IMG/VR virus record: IMGVR_UViG_3300045988_178965
Coordinates: 96,001 to 160,000 of that record
Length of the DNA: 64,000 nt
Strand: one strand, 5' to 3'
Source: a virus
Each line of letters opens with the position of its first letter. Position 1 is the stretch's first letter. Made by a program: the position numbers and the translations under genes. Under the pieces are notes generated by a model, which made no database searches, had not been told where the DNA came from, and was given only the letters and a program-made list of their open reading frames with translations. Positions 25,508-36,344 of this stretch are shown here, piece by piece.

Positions 25508-26992
25508 TTAAAATGCTACATCAATGGCCGTATTCATACGAACATCATCAATACTTATTGTTTTAACAATCCCATCTTCAAAGACAGTTTGCAAACGATC
25601 ATATTGAAAGTCGCTACCAGCAGTCAGTCCATCAATATAGGTGTCGCCTACAACTTTAACACGTCCACGAGGAGACTTTTTGCCGCTATCTGTTTTAGGA
25701 TCCTTCATAATGGAGAATTCTTCGCCATCTTGAATAATCGAAGTGGCTTTAATGGCAAAACCTAACGAATCACGCGTATTGCCTTGGTATGAATATGATC
25801 CAATACCAAATACAATGTTTGATGACGCAAAACCTTTAGCTGCTAAACCGGCAAAGATTTGTTCCGCGCGTTCAAGCGTAATAGAATCGCCATAGATTGC
25901 ACCAATATGTGGATCGAGAACCTTATATCCCTTCTCATTAATGGTACCGCCAAAGAGATCCCAAAGGGCTTGAATGAGGCCTTTTTCTTCTACATTGGAA
26001 TTTTCACTTTCCGGAATGCCACAAATAATTTGAACAGGATCACCAGAATCTGGACGTATTACTACACGACCATTGCGAGACATAATGTCATCTTTGATTT
26101 TTGGTAATACATGTTCAATATTGTGCCAGAAGTCATAGGTGTCTGAAACAATCGATACGAATCCTTCTGGATAAACATCTTTAATAAGATGTCGATAAGA
26201 TTCAGTTTCGTCACGACTGCCGGTAGTGGCTTCCTGTTTAGCAATTAATGCACACATAACGCTATGTTCTGTTGCCGGAATAGATGTAGGGTTAAAGCCT
26301 TTAGCGGTTTCACCTTTGTAGTATTCATCCACATAGGTAATAGCCGGAATTGTGTCTGTGCCATCAAAATACATCAAATGTCCGAGACCGGAAATTTGGG
26401 CAGATTCCAAACTACTCATGCCGCGCATAGAGAAATCATGAAATTGGAATTTCAAATGATCGTCATTGTCACATGTCAAATCCGAAAATTCAAAACCAAG
26501 TTTATAATATTTGCGAGCAATAGAGGCAGAAGTCATTGGTTGCCACAAACTACAAGAAATCAAAGTTTCAAAGTAGTTTGTCAGCCATGCAAACTTGCTA
26601 TGAGTATTCTCAACAGTTAAGATCGGCATACCAATAGGCACAGATTCACCTTCTGGGATGGCCTTAATTCTTAATGGCAAATATCCCAATTGATGCAATT
26701 CACGAATGTGTGAACCGTCATCATCAATGCACAATGTGCGTTTGATAAAATCGGAATATTCTTTAACCACATCTTCTTCTAAACGAGCAAAGAATGCCTG
26801 CTGAAAGAAGTCGACCAAATACTTGATCACGAATCCGGAAACACCAGCAGATACAACTCGGTCCACTTTGTTTAAATATTTATTGCTACGAGGAACCATG
26901 ATTGAATAAATATTTTCGGTGCCTGCTGGATATTGATTACGATGAGAAGTTTTATAGAAATCACATACCAATGATGGAATGAGTGAATACAT
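25508..26992 (-). CDS. nicotinamide phosphoribosyltransferase family protein (Nampt/NadV, or NARP1 Namat)
   Basis: N-terminal DFYKTSHRNQYP motif and ~490 aa length typical of NAPRTase-family Nampt. Confidence 0.8.
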   Translation of the reverse strand: MYSLIPSLVCDFYKTSHRNQYPAGTENIYSIMVPRSNKYLNKVDRVVSAGVSGFVIKYLVDFFQQAFFARLEEDVVKEYSDFIKRTLCIDDDGSHIRELHQLGYLPLRIKAIPEGESVPIGMPILTVENTHSKFAWLTNYFETLISCSLWQPMTSASIARKYYKLGFEFSDLTCDNDDHLKFQFHDFSMRGMSSLESAQISGLGHLMYFDGTDTIPAITYVDEYYKGETAKGFNPTSIPATEHSVMCALIAKQEATTGSRDETESYRHLIKDVYPEGFVSIVSDTYDFWHNIEHVLPKIKDDIMSRNGRVVIRPDSGDPVQIICGIPESENSNVEEKGLIQALWDLFGGTINEKGYKVLDPHIGAIYGDSITLERAEQIFAGLAAKGFASSNIVFGIGSYSYQGNTRDSLGFAIKATSIIQDGEEFSIMKDPKTDSGKKSPRGRVKVVGDTYIDGLTAGSDFQYDRLQTVFEDGIVKTISIDDVRMNTAIDVAF

Positions 26993-27003
26993 TTTATTTC
27001 CTT

Positions 27004-27894
27004 TTAAATTTTGGTCAATACAATTCGTTGTGATACTGGCTGTAACAATTCTTTTAGGTCATATAGTTTTTTAACCATTGCCTGCATACTATCCGTGCAA
27101 TAAACCTTACCATTGAAAGGACTATCATCTTTTAAAAGCTCGCCTTTAAAAATTGCAGCTTCACAATGGGCAACGACCAAATTGATAGTATAATTCTTAT
27201 GGCCGATACTTTCTGCAATTAGTTTAGACGCCAATAAGAATGTGCCGCCCTTAGAGCAAATATCATCTACAATAACAACGTTCTTAAGATCCCAGAAGAA
27301 TTTATCAGAAGTATTGTCATTTTTGACCAATGCTGAAGAGACAATATTGCCAGTTTGAAAATCACGTTCTTTGATTATTGATACACTTTGATATTCTGGG
27401 AAAAGCTTTTTATACCGCTTAACAGCAGTTGCATCTGGGAATACCAAAAGAGTATCTGTATGGCTAAAATTGTTTTTAACCATATCAACTTGAGGAATGT
27501 AATTAGTTACCGGCGCATCAAATAAAGCTAACGCCACATCAGAGTGTGCATCTAAACATTTAATACTTTTAGGTTTAATCACATTATTTACAAAATTTGC
27601 AAAAGATTTCAAAGAGAATGAATCGGATTCTCTTTCTACACGATCCATACGAGAGTATGGAATATACGGCAAATTTAATGTTAATGCAACATAAGGGTTG
27701 TTCCGGCGGATAGTATCAAATGTACAAAGTAAATCAAAGAATTCGGAGTCATCTTCATACATCATCTGAATTTCCGCAATTCCAGTTTTAGGAATTTCAG
27801 GAAATACATACATCTTTTCTCCATTCGGAAACTTTTCAATCAATGGGCGAAAATATAAACCATTAATTGTAGTATTCAATTTAATTGAAATCAT
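27004..27894 (-). CDS. ribose-phosphate pyrophosphokinase family protein (Prs, or NARP1 Adps)
   Basis: PRPP/ribose-5-P loop VVIVDDICSKGGTF. ~296 aa. ATG at 27894 with an AGAAAGG RBS; the annotated 27918 start is TTG. Confidence 0.75.
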   Translation of the reverse strand: MISIKLNTTINGLYFRPLIEKFPNGEKMYVFPEIPKTGIAEIQMMYEDDSEFFDLLCTFDTIRRNNPYVALTLNLPYIPYSRMDRVERESDSFSLKSFANFVNNVIKPKSIKCLDAHSDVALALFDAPVTNYIPQVDMVKNNFSHTDTLLVFPDATAVKRYKKLFPEYQSVSIIKERDFQTGNIVSSALVKNDNTSDKFFWDLKNVVIVDDICSKGGTFLLASKLIAESIGHKNYTINLVVAHCEAAIFKGELLKDDSPFNGKVYCTDSMQAMVKKLYDLKELLQPVSQRIVLTKI

Positions 27895-27914
27895 TTTGAA
27901 CCTTTCTAAATCAA

Positions 27915-29174
27915 TCAAAATACTTTAAATTTTGTATTTGTAATCGGTTTGCTTACTAATTTTACATCATCTGAAGATAGAAGTGTAAGTATAACTTCAA
28001 ATGCAGATTCTGGGATATCTTTGTCAGCACGACGCATAAAAGAGTAAATACTACTTGCAATATTTTCAATTTCATCATCTGCGACTCGAAGATTACTAAT
28101 AGTAGAACATCTACCTTTAATATCCAATTCCATTTCTGAAATATCAAAATACATATACATTTGTGTGCCAATAGAATTGCCGTCTTTATTTGCACGTAGC
28201 GAAAAGTCCATCAAATTTAATGATGTTTTTGATGCACCTGGTTTAATAGATATTCCCTTAAGCTCAATAGCAGAGTAATTGGTTATATTGTTTGGAATGC
28301 AATACTGAAGTTTTAATCCATATTTATCAAATACATCTTCCAATACAGAAGGAAAATCGCGGCCATTTATAAACAATATACAATCAGTATATTCTAAAGA
28401 AGAGGAATATACTTCAGAATTATAACCATCCATCAATTGTTGTACAGTAAAGTCTGGGTAAAGATTTGCTTCCTTAGCAATACTACAAACTACATCAAAT
28501 GAGGGTTCTTTTAAAAATGAAATCACAGATGCAATTTCTTGAACACGTTCTTTATTGTCAAGCAAATCTTCTAAAACTTGAAGCACAATAGAATCTGACA
28601 AAGACTCATATTCATAAGCATAACGAATACGGCTAGGTCGATTGAAAAAGTATCTATTAATTTGACCCTTTTCATTTGCTGTAAACATAAATAAATTCTT
28701 TTTAGAACTTGTCCCATCTACAACGCTCAATAGTCCACTTTGATCTAAAGGACGTTCAAACATCTTTTCAAATTCATCAATAAAGAATACGCAGCGATCA
28801 TCGATATTTTCAATGAATTTATCAATGATATTCACATGCTCTGGCAACACAATAATAATAGGATATTCTTTTGATAGTTCAACACAAACCTGCTTGGCCA
28901 ATAAAGATTTTCCAGAACCTGATTCGCCGTATAATAATACGCCAAGATTCTTATCAGTAGCTTTAAATGAATTGATAATTCGATTCATTCGTTCGGTTGA
29001 ATCGCCATAAATTTTGGAAGGAATTGTTAATGGTTCTGTAGTATTCAAAAACAATTTGCCTGGAATTGCAGCTGTTGTATAAAATCCAGCTGGCAAATTC
29101 TTTTTACAAATATTAAAATCAATATCTTTTCCAAACTCTACAACACCATTCGTTACCTGATAAATATTTTGCAT
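27915..29174 (-). CDS. AAA+ ATPase
   Basis: Walker A GESGSGKS and Walker B VFFIDEFE, followed by a long C-terminal domain of unknown function. Confidence 0.7.
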   Translation of the reverse strand: MQNIYQVTNGVVEFGKDIDFNICKKNLPAGFYTTAAIPGKLFLNTTEPLTIPSKIYGDSTERMNRIINSFKATDKNLGVLLYGESGSGKSLLAKQVCVELSKEYPIIIVLPEHVNIIDKFIENIDDRCVFFIDEFEKMFERPLDQSGLLSVVDGTSSKKNLFMFTANEKGQINRYFFNRPSRIRYAYEYESLSDSIVLQVLEDLLDNKERVQEIASVISFLKEPSFDVVCSIAKEANLYPDFTVQQLMDGYNSEVYSSSLEYTDCILFINGRDFPSVLEDVFDKYGLKLQYCIPNNITNYSAIELKGISIKPGASKTSLNLMDFSLRANKDGNSIGTQMYMYFDISEMELDIKGRCSTISNLRVADDEIENIASSIYSFMRRADKDIPESAFEVILTLLSSDDVKLVSKPITNTKFKVF

Positions 29175-29264
29175 ATTATTTCCTTTATTAATGTTTAAAA
29201 ATTAATCCAAAAAACTTGGATTTTACGTCAGAAAGTATGAGTCTTATAAGTGAATATTACTACT

Positions 29265-29690
29265 TTAACATTTTAACTTATGATTTGCAGCCTTAATAAT
29301 AGCTTCTATGTTAATAAGAGTAGAGCCCTTTGACTCTAAATACCTTTTTATAATATAATATTTTTCAAAAGAAATGTCATCGAGAATTTTATTAAGCATT
29401 TCTGACAATTTAATTTCATACAAAATTGGGGTCTTTATAAAGCAATCAGCCATTTTAACCTTGACGAAATTATTAAAATCTTGTGTAAAATATTTGCAAA
29501 AATGAGAAGCGTCAACAGGAGCAGATGGAATACCTAAAGTTCTTCTAATGCCATTCATTATATCTACTGCATTTAAAAAACTAATATCTTTATTATCTTC
29601 TAAGAGACTTTCAATCTTTTCTTTAATATTAGAATCAGGATTATCTTTGATAAAGCTCGAAATACTTCTTAGTATATCTGTTTCATTCAT
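29265..29690 (-). CDS. hypothetical protein
   Basis: ATG at 29690; the annotated 29702 start is TTG. Confidence 0.45.
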   Translation of the reverse strand: MNETDILRSISSFIKDNPDSNIKEKIESLLEDNKDISFLNAVDIMNGIRRTLGIPSAPVDASHFCKYFTQDFNNFVKVKMADCFIKTPILYEIKLSEMLNKILDDISFEKYYIIKRYLESKGSTLINIEAIIKAANHKLKC

Positions 29691-29702
29691 TTTAATTTCC
29701 AA

Positions 29703-30431
29703 TTAATATGTGATTTGGCCTGGAGGCACTTCTACAAAAGAACCTTTTTCATAACCAAATCTATACCAAGTGTTAAACTTTAAATCTTTTACAAATTTTG
29801 GATTATGGACTTTACCTACTTCATATTGTGATTCGTCATCATTAATAAAGATTACATCTGAACTAGACAGTCCTTTGAATTTAGAATTGCCTTTAATAAT
29901 CAGTGTATTATCTATGCCGGAAAATATTGCTTTCGAATTATTACCAACAATATTTACAAGATTGTTATCTCCTGCAATATATACAAAACAATTATCGCCA
30001 TTTACTGTTACTGTACAATCAGACTCAAGAACGAATACGAAGCAACCTTCACCAACAGATGTAATGGTAGAATCATCTGATTCTGAAACTATGATATTTT
30101 TATATGAAGACGAAAGAATAACTTGATTCCGAGATAAACTATGAGCCATAGAAAATGGTTCTGATAAAAATATATCACGATTATCTATATTATTTTCACG
30201 ATATTCAATATCTTCAACGTCTGTATTGAAAAATAATGACTTAATAGCATTTCTAATACAGATAGATAAGCTATTAAGAGATTCTGTAGTTTGATTATTC
30301 TTCACATATGCTTTAAGTAGCTTATCAAGATTTATATATTCTTGTGATTCAACCAAATCAACAATAAGCATTTCCAAAGAATGTTCATCTTCGATTTTAT
30401 ATCCCAACTCGAGGAAGATATCTTTATTCAT
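29703..30431 (-). CDS. hypothetical protein with a beta-helix-like repeat region
   Basis: Repetitive VNGDNCFVYIAGDNNLVNIVGNNSKAIFSGIDNTLIIKGNS segment. Confidence 0.45.
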   Translation of the reverse strand: MNKDIFLELGYKIEDEHSLEMLIVDLVESQEYINLDKLLKAYVKNNQTTESLNSLSICIRNAIKSLFFNTDVEDIEYRENNIDNRDIFLSEPFSMAHSLSRNQVILSSSYKNIIVSESDDSTITSVGEGCFVFVLESDCTVTVNGDNCFVYIAGDNNLVNIVGNNSKAIFSGIDNTLIIKGNSKFKGLSSSDVIFINDDESQYEVGKVHNPKFVKDLKFNTWYRFGYEKGSFVEVPPGQITY

Positions 30432-30439
30432 ATATTTAC

Positions 30440-30646
30440 CTATTTCAAAACTTTAACTTGTTGCTGCTCTACGTTATGTTTTGTTTGTCTATCTGCAATT
30501 TCAATTGACAAAACTGTTATAAACACAAAGAATGCGCCGCTGTATAATACAGCTTTGTATGGGGTTTTACGATAATAACCAAATACAATACCGGCAATTA
30601 ATCCAGCAATACCCTTACCAATCATTACAATCACATCTGGAGTCAT
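30440..30646 (-). CDS. small 2-TM membrane protein
   Basis: 68 aa with two hydrophobic helices. Confidence 0.45.
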   Translation of the reverse strand: MTPDVIVMIGKGIAGLIAGIVFGYYRKTPYKAVLYSGAFFVFITVLSIEIADRQTKHNVEQQQVKVLK

Positions 30647-30665
30647 TATATCTTCCTTATTTAGG

Positions 30666-30690
30666 AAAGGGGCGATATTACTGCCCCTTT
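30666..30690 (-). terminator. intrinsic terminator-like hairpin
   Basis: AAAGGGGC/GCCCCTTT stem. Confidence 0.5.
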
Positions 30691-30696
30691 TAGAAG

Positions 30697-31110
30697 TTAG
30701 TCTTTATATTTAATTTTAATGCAAAACTTTTCAGCTTTTGCTTTAATTGGGTTTAAGCGTTTAGCAACTTCTTTAAATAGTTTAGGCTTTTGCATTTTAC
30801 TATAATCCAATTTATCAAACACCCAATCAATGATAAACATTATAGTAAGCGTAAAAACACCTATTGCAAGGATAAGAAAACTTATAGCTGAAAGGAAGGG
30901 AAAGAAAAAATGAATTCCATGCGTTTTTTCAATTGGCACATCATATAGCCCTAAATAAACAGAAACGCCAAATCCTATTGTTCCCAATAGAACAATCAAA
31001 AGCACAATAAACAAAGGAATCAATTGTCGGCTAAATCGACAAATATCTTCTGCCGGAGTGCAATAAAAACACATCAATTTATACAACCAACTTTTACGAC
31101 TTAATTCCAT
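30697..31110 (-). CDS. membrane protein
   Basis: 137 aa with 2-3 TM helices. Confidence 0.45.
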   Translation of the reverse strand: MELSRKSWLYKLMCFYCTPAEDICRFSRQLIPLFIVLLIVLLGTIGFGVSVYLGLYDVPIEKTHGIHFFFPFLSAISFLILAIGVFTLTIMFIIDWVFDKLDYSKMQKPKLFKEVAKRLNPIKAKAEKFCIKIKYKD

Positions 31111-31122
31111 TTTAATACTCCT

Positions 31123-31581
31123 TTAAATTCTTAAATATTTATCAGCTTGATCGAGGTTTTCGTCTAAAATAGATAAATGATTAATATCATTGATAATATC
31201 CGACTGTTCAACTTTTAATTCATTTTTATCAAGGTAAAGATTAATGTATCTTATCGGCATATTATTTGAGTGGGCTAAAAGATCTAATTGCCGCATCATA
31301 AATAGGGAATCCGTAAATACGATTGCCTGAAAGCCATTAGATACGTTCTCTATTAAATGTCCTGCTTCCATTTTTAAATGATATGGATGCATACTGTATG
31401 CAAATGAATCAGACCATATACAGATTTCGTTATTTTCATCTAATCCCATCATGTATGAGGCATGAGAATGTATTCTTGAATAAAAATCGCCAGTAACAAT
31501 ATTCAGGCCATCCGAAAACAATACTTCGTCTTCGCATTTAGGGAATTTAGTCTTTTTTATCTTGAAATAATTATTACTCAT
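31123..31581 (-). CDS. hypothetical protein
   Basis: 152-aa ORF. Confidence 0.45.
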   Translation of the reverse strand: MSNNYFKIKKTKFPKCEDEVLFSDGLNIVTGDFYSRIHSHASYMMGLDENNEICIWSDSFAYSMHPYHLKMEAGHLIENVSNGFQAIVFTDSLFMMRQLDLLAHSNNMPIRYINLYLDKNELKVEQSDIINDINHLSILDENLDQADKYLRI

Positions 31582-31592
31582 TACTCATCCTT

Positions 31593-31907
31593 TTAATCTT
31601 CATACCCAAAATAGCTAATCAAACTATCCATTTTGGAAATAATATTTCTAGCACCTATTGGATTTTGACTATGGACAGTATAAATAAAGCCTTTAGGGAA
31701 TTTTAATCCATGATCAATCATCTCATCTTCAAGATGATTAATAAATACAATAGCAGTATCATGGTTGCCTAGATCATGATCAAATGCAATTTCCTTAGGC
31801 ATTCCATAAAGCTCTAAGGCCTTAATTGCTTGAAAGCTATTTCGAGCAATAAACCAATTAGGAGTAACAGGAAAACGCTCATCATCAATAAAAAGACGAT
31901 AATTCAT
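31593..31907 (-). CDS. hypothetical protein (receiver-like, FIDDER...DHDLG motifs)
   Basis: 104 aa. LFIDDERFP ... AFDHDLG resembles a small phage-borne receiver-like domain. Assignment is tentative. Confidence 0.4.
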   Translation of the reverse strand: MNYRLFIDDERFPVTPNWFIARNSFQAIKALELYGMPKEIAFDHDLGNHDTAIVFINHLEDEMIDHGLKFPKGFIYTVHSQNPIGARNIISKMDSLISYFGYED

Positions 31908-31920
31908 ATAGTCTCCAAAG

Positions 31921-32880
31921 TTAATTATTGTCTACAAAGATGTCAGGCACCAGGCATTTGAAGTAAAGTTCAATTTTCTTTTGAATCTTAATAATCTTCT
32001 CTGCGGTTTCATCATAACCATCATAACTATGAAACTTAAAATAACGATACCTGTCTAAATGGCGATTGTTACTATCAATTGCTATTTTGTCTGATCTAAG
32101 TATGATTGCCTGTCCAGGGGTTTCAAGTTCTTTAGGGATTGACCCATTAACCGAATATTTAAACCCCTCTTTAATTGTAGAAATATTGTAATAATAGAAT
32201 TCTTCCGATGCATAGGATGGGAGCATTTTAAGATCAATGTCCAATCGATCCGCGGAAATGTTAGGGAAACCGGAACTTTTAATATCAAATAGCTTCATGC
32301 TAAATTTAGAATCTTTTTCTCTTCCTATTCTTCCGGCAAGTGATAGATATAAATGTGAAATCAAGTAGTGAAGAAGTTCTACGGGACTATTTACATCAAA
32401 TTCAAAGCCCTTAAACTCATGAAAAATATCATAATCAACCAGTTCGTCCATTGTAATCTCAATGGCACTTTCTATTGTCATCGGATCTTTACGTACCATG
32501 TTAGAATCATGAATCCCAATCATATAGGGAAGATACATATTCAAATATCCAGAGATAGAATCTTTGCCCCATATGGACTTCGCGATCTCTTGGATATTGG
32601 ACTCAAAGGTCAGTTTTCCTGTGTATGCTCTTTTTCTTAAGCCCTCTTCTATGCGTTTAAAAATTTCAGATCTTGGATCTTTCACCTTAGAAAGCTCGTA
32701 TCTAGATTTTAGAGTAATAAGATGATTTTCTTCAAAGCTACCTAATTTAATCCCGGCTTTTTCAAGAAAATTCAAATATCCTTCCATGGTATCAAACTTA
32801 ATTTTTAACTCAGGCCCTTGCCATTCTTTTAATTCCATTGCGTTCGACTCAATTTTCCCGAACTCTAAATATTTATCCAT
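31921..32880 (-). CDS. hypothetical protein
   Basis: ATG at 32880 with a GGAG RBS. Confidence 0.5.
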   Translation of the reverse strand: MDKYLEFGKIESNAMELKEWQGPELKIKFDTMEGYLNFLEKAGIKLGSFEENHLITLKSRYELSKVKDPRSEIFKRIEEGLRKRAYTGKLTFESNIQEIAKSIWGKDSISGYLNMYLPYMIGIHDSNMVRKDPMTIESAIEITMDELVDYDIFHEFKGFEFDVNSPVELLHYLISHLYLSLAGRIGREKDSKFSMKLFDIKSSGFPNISADRLDIDLKMLPSYASEEFYYYNISTIKEGFKYSVNGSIPKELETPGQAIILRSDKIAIDSNNRHLDRYRYFKFHSYDGYDETAEKIIKIQKKIELYFKCLVPDIFVDNN

Positions 32881-32996
32881 ACACACTCCAATAATAAAAT
32901 ATATTTTTCAATATATTGTTTATTACACTAATAAGTATCACTAATATCAAAAGCCTTTCATATTTATAAACCTTTGGCATTAATAACCTTAAAATA

Positions 32997-33022
32997 GAAA
33001 AGCCCCGACTACAAGTCGGGAC
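32997..33022 (-). terminator. hairpin + U-tract (TCCCGAC/GTCGGGG CTTTTC)
   Basis: The stem ends in GTCGGGG followed by CTTTTCTATTTT, related to the GTGTCGG family. Confidence 0.5.
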
Positions 33023-33035
33023 CTCTTAATTTACA

Positions 33036-33524
33036 TTATTGACGTACTTTAGCTTGTGCAGGAACAGAAACAACTTCGCGTACAATTACTTCTTTTACAA
33101 CTTCACGTTCTTTATCTTTGGCACAAACATCAACTTCAGTAGAAATTTTGTCTTCAGCAACGTTTCGGAAATACATTTTTTCAACCACACCTTTTTTGAA
33201 GTCAAAATGAACTTGACAAACATTATGTTCACCATCAACTTCAAAGTGTGTATTGTATTCCCATTTGTTTGCTCGGAAACCACTTGTCCATTGAGGGAAT
33301 TCACCTAACTTTTCACGAACAGCTGCCTTAGTCATACCAATATGCAATCCACGATATGCCGGCAAATGTGCTTCATCGTGTCGACCTGAAGTGCCAAACA
33401 TACTTTCACGATTGTACATTTGAGAAGCACCTTTTGCATCTTTCAATGCGTGAAATTTTGGCTCGTTGGCATACACATTAGCAGAAATGGCAATCGCTGC
33501 TGCAATCATAAACAATTTTTTCAT
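33036..33524 (-). CDS. secreted protein of unknown function
   Basis: Sec signal peptide MKKLFMIAAAIAISANVYA. Confidence 0.55.
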   Translation of the reverse strand: MKKLFMIAAAIAISANVYANEPKFHALKDAKGASQMYNRESMFGTSGRHDEAHLPAYRGLHIGMTKAAVREKLGEFPQWTSGFRANKWEYNTHFEVDGEHNVCQVHFDFKKGVVEKMYFRNVAEDKISTEVDVCAKDKEREVVKEVIVREVVSVPAQAKVRQ

Positions 33525-33540
33525 ATTTTAAAACCTTTCA

Positions 33541-33744
33541 TTAACTTTCGTAATGCTTCAAAACTTTAACATCTGTACAAGAACCATATCTTGAAAAATA
33601 CAATTGTTGCAATTCTCTTTTCTTTTCAACGGCTTTGTCATATCCATAACATAAACAAATTGTTTTATTGTCAAAGCCGTTTTTACATACGACTACTCTG
33701 TACAGATTATCTTCAAAATTAGAAGAAGTAACCAATTGAAGCAC
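33541..33744 (-). CDS. hypothetical small protein
   Basis: 67-aa ORF whose start overlaps the adhesin 3' end by 26 nt. Confidence 0.3.
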   Translation of the reverse strand: MLQLVTSSNFEDNLYRVVVCKNGFDNKTICLCYGYDKAVEKKRELQQLYFSRYGSCTDVKVLKHYES

Positions 33745-35512
33745 CTACACCAATTTTTTCTTGAGTGTTATAGTTAACATGAGCTTTGAATCCCCATTTG
33801 CCCATATCAGACAAAGCACTCACACCAACTGCAACGGCTGCTTCATTACCATAATAACCAACTGCTGCTGAAACTGCTGATTGTCCAGCATGATGCACTT
33901 GCATCAAAGCTGCTGCAGCATTTGCTGTTGCACCAATGGCATTTTGTCGATCTTCAACTTTATCAAATTTACGTTCCAAAGCAGCAATACTTTGAGTATT
34001 CTTCTCAACCGCACCATTCAAACGTTCAATGTTTTGTGTATTTACACCTACTTGGTTCAATGTTGCTTTGGTTTGATTAGACAGACCAACATTGTAAATT
34101 GTGTTCAAACCATTGACTGTTTTGGTAACAGCAATACCATCAACACCTGTTACAACAGCCTGTTTAGAATCAACAGTATAAATGCTTTGACCATTTGAAC
34201 CTTTTGTTTCTGTCACAAAAGTATTTTGACCAGCTTTTACTTCTGTTTTAGCTTTTGCAATTTCAACGTCTTGCTGTTGATTTTTAGCTTTCAGGCCAAC
34301 AATTTCAGCGTCTTGTTGTTCGTTTTTCACTTTCAAACCAACAATATCTGCTTTGTTAACATTTACTTGGTTCAATGTCGCTTTGGTTTCGTTTGACAAA
34401 TCAACTACATAGTCTTGAACAGAATTTGTCAATTTACCCTTGTTAACAGAGACAGCATTTGAACCTGCTGAAACTGAAGCAGAATCATCTTTTGCAGACA
34501 ATGTGTAAACGCTTTGGCCATTTGCACCTTTTGTTTCATTAATGGTGACATTTTGACCAGCTTTTACTTCGGTTTTAGCTGCTTTTGCTGTTGCTGACAA
34601 TTGAGCTACGTTTACAACATCGGTATCTTTTGTACCTGCTGAAACATTGGTAATTTGACGTGTAATACCATTTTCAACATCACCAACAGAAACAGAAGCA
34701 TAAGTAGAGGTCCAAGGCAAATCTTTAACATTTTTAATTGGTGCATTCAATGGATTAGCACCAGAAACGCCTTTATCAACAGTTGCTTTTGAATATGAGC
34801 CAATAGCAGTTGAGCCTTCAACAGCTGCTTCTGAGTAAGAACCAATCGCTTGAGCTTCTTTTGCTGAAGCGTTTGCTAAGGTACCTAAAGCAAAAGCGCT
34901 TTCATTGGAAGTTTTGGCATAAGAACCAACAGCAATGGAATAATCGGAATTTTCTGAAGTGTTAGCACCACGACCAAATGCAATGGATTGAATACCATGT
35001 GCTTGAGAATTTACTTGCAATGCTGTTGCATATTTTGCAGTTGCAACAGAACCATTACCAATTGCAATGGATGCTTCACCATCACCTTTTACACCTGAAC
35101 CAATCGCAACAGAACCACTACCAGCTGCTGTTGCTTTTGAACCAATTGCAACAACTCGTGATGCTTCAGTAGAAGAGCGTTCACCAATCACGATTGATGT
35201 ATCCGCATCTTTACCTGCTGTTGCTTGTGTACCAAAGACAATGGAAGAACTACCATGTGATTCTGTACCTGAGCCGATAGCCATAGCATTCAGACCGTTT
35301 ACAACAACGTCCTGACCAATTGCAACAGTCCCTTGGTTATTTGCCTGTACACTGTTATCATGATTGAATGTATTTACACAAATGTTGCCTTCTACGCCAC
35401 ACTTTTGCATGGCGATTGTTTCGGCATCACCTGAATAATTAGTATGCGGATTTGTATCGGCAAAAACGTTAGTAGCTGCCAGAATAGACATCAGAATAAT
35501 TGATTTTTTCAT
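33719..35512 (-). CDS. trimeric autotransporter adhesin (YadA/Hia-like)
   Basis: Signal peptide [18 protein letters not shown]. Repeated head motifs (AIGS/AIGN/AFGR/AVGS every ~14 aa). A repetitive stalk. A YadA-type C-terminal anchor ending [10 protein letters not shown]. Confidence 0.85.
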   Translation of the reverse strand: MKKSIILMSILAATNVFADTNPHTNYSGDAETIAMQKCGVEGNICVNTFNHDNSVQANNQGTVAIGQDVVVNGLNAMAIGSGTESHGSSSIVFGTQATAGKDADTSIVIGERSSTEASRVVAIGSKATAAGSGSVAIGSGVKGDGEASIAIGNGSVATAKYATALQVNSQAHGIQSIAFGRGANTSENSDYSIAVGSYAKTSNESAFALGTLANASAKEAQAIGSYSEAAVEGSTAIGSYSKATVDKGVSGANPLNAPIKNVKDLPWTSTYASVSVGDVENGITRQITNVSAGTKDTDVVNVAQLSATAKAAKTEVKAGQNVTINETKGANGQSVYTLSAKDDSASVSAGSNAVSVNKGKLTNSVQDYVVDLSNETKATLNQVNVNKADIVGLKVKNEQQDAEIVGLKAKNQQQDVEIAKAKTEVKAGQNTFVTETKGSNGQSIYTVDSKQAVVTGVDGIAVTKTVNGLNTIYNVGLSNQTKATLNQVGVNTQNIERLNGAVEKNTQSIAALERKFDKVEDRQNAIGATANAAAALMQVHHAGQSAVSAAVGYYGNEAAVAVGVSALSDMGKWGFKAHVNYNTQEKIGVGASIGYFF

Positions 35513-35576
35513 AAATATAATCCCTTTAAATTAAATTGGCAATTATGCCGGTTAAATAAACATCAACTACGGTGTT

Positions 35577-36344
35577 TTAAAGCAATAAAGATTTATCGCA
35601 TTCTTCGATGACTTCGTATTCACATACACGAGCCTTAGAGCCATCATAATCAATAGGCACTGATACGAAATTTCTTGGGTTGACGCGAAGTTTGACTAGT
35701 CGCCATTTACCATCAGGTGACTGTCCATAACCGCTACTGCGCAAATATCGCAATGAGGCAGCATGGAGACCTTTAGAGCATGTTCTATTGTCATCGTCAT
35801 CAATTTGGTTTCGCGGCATCTTAATCAGGGAACCAATTGAATTATTAATGGTTCCTGTATAAGAATCGGTCCAGTCTTCACGAATAACCTTATAACAGAT
35901 AACATAGCCATCTTTATCAATTTCGATATCATTGTGACCAATGAACGAATAGAGATTGTTAATTGTTTTTCGTGACGGATTTTCTTCCAAATTCTCAAGG
36001 AATTTAAGGAATGATTCTGGGGCAATTTCATTGTCACCAATTCTACAGGCGCGACTTACAAATTCTGAAATTTCCTTTTTTACCAATTCAGGTAAATCAG
36101 AATCACAAAGTTTGCCTACCAAAATGTCAACTTTATATTTGCCAATATAGACATAACGGACTTCTGAAATTTTCAAAAAGGTACGAGCCGCATTTTGGTT
36201 TTGATACCAGTCTCTAAGAATTTCATCAAAGTCATTCTTAATAACCGGAGAGTTGAAGAGTTTTGCTGTCAAAATATTTCCATTATTTTCAACAGCAGTT
36301 GCAACAATAAATTTGTCAGGATTGACTGTTACGTTGTAATTCAT
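35577..36344 (-). CDS. hypothetical protein
   Basis: 255-aa ORF. Its start overlaps the upstream gene end. Confidence 0.5.
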   Translation of the reverse strand: MNYNVTVNPDKFIVATAVENNGNILTAKLFNSPVIKNDFDEILRDWYQNQNAARTFLKISEVRYVYIGKYKVDILVGKLCDSDLPELVKKEISEFVSRACRIGDNEIAPESFLKFLENLEENPSRKTINNLYSFIGHNDIEIDKDGYVICYKVIREDWTDSYTGTINNSIGSLIKMPRNQIDDDDNRTCSKGLHAASLRYLRSSGYGQSPDGKWRLVKLRVNPRNFVSVPIDYDGSKARVCEYEVIEECDKSLLL

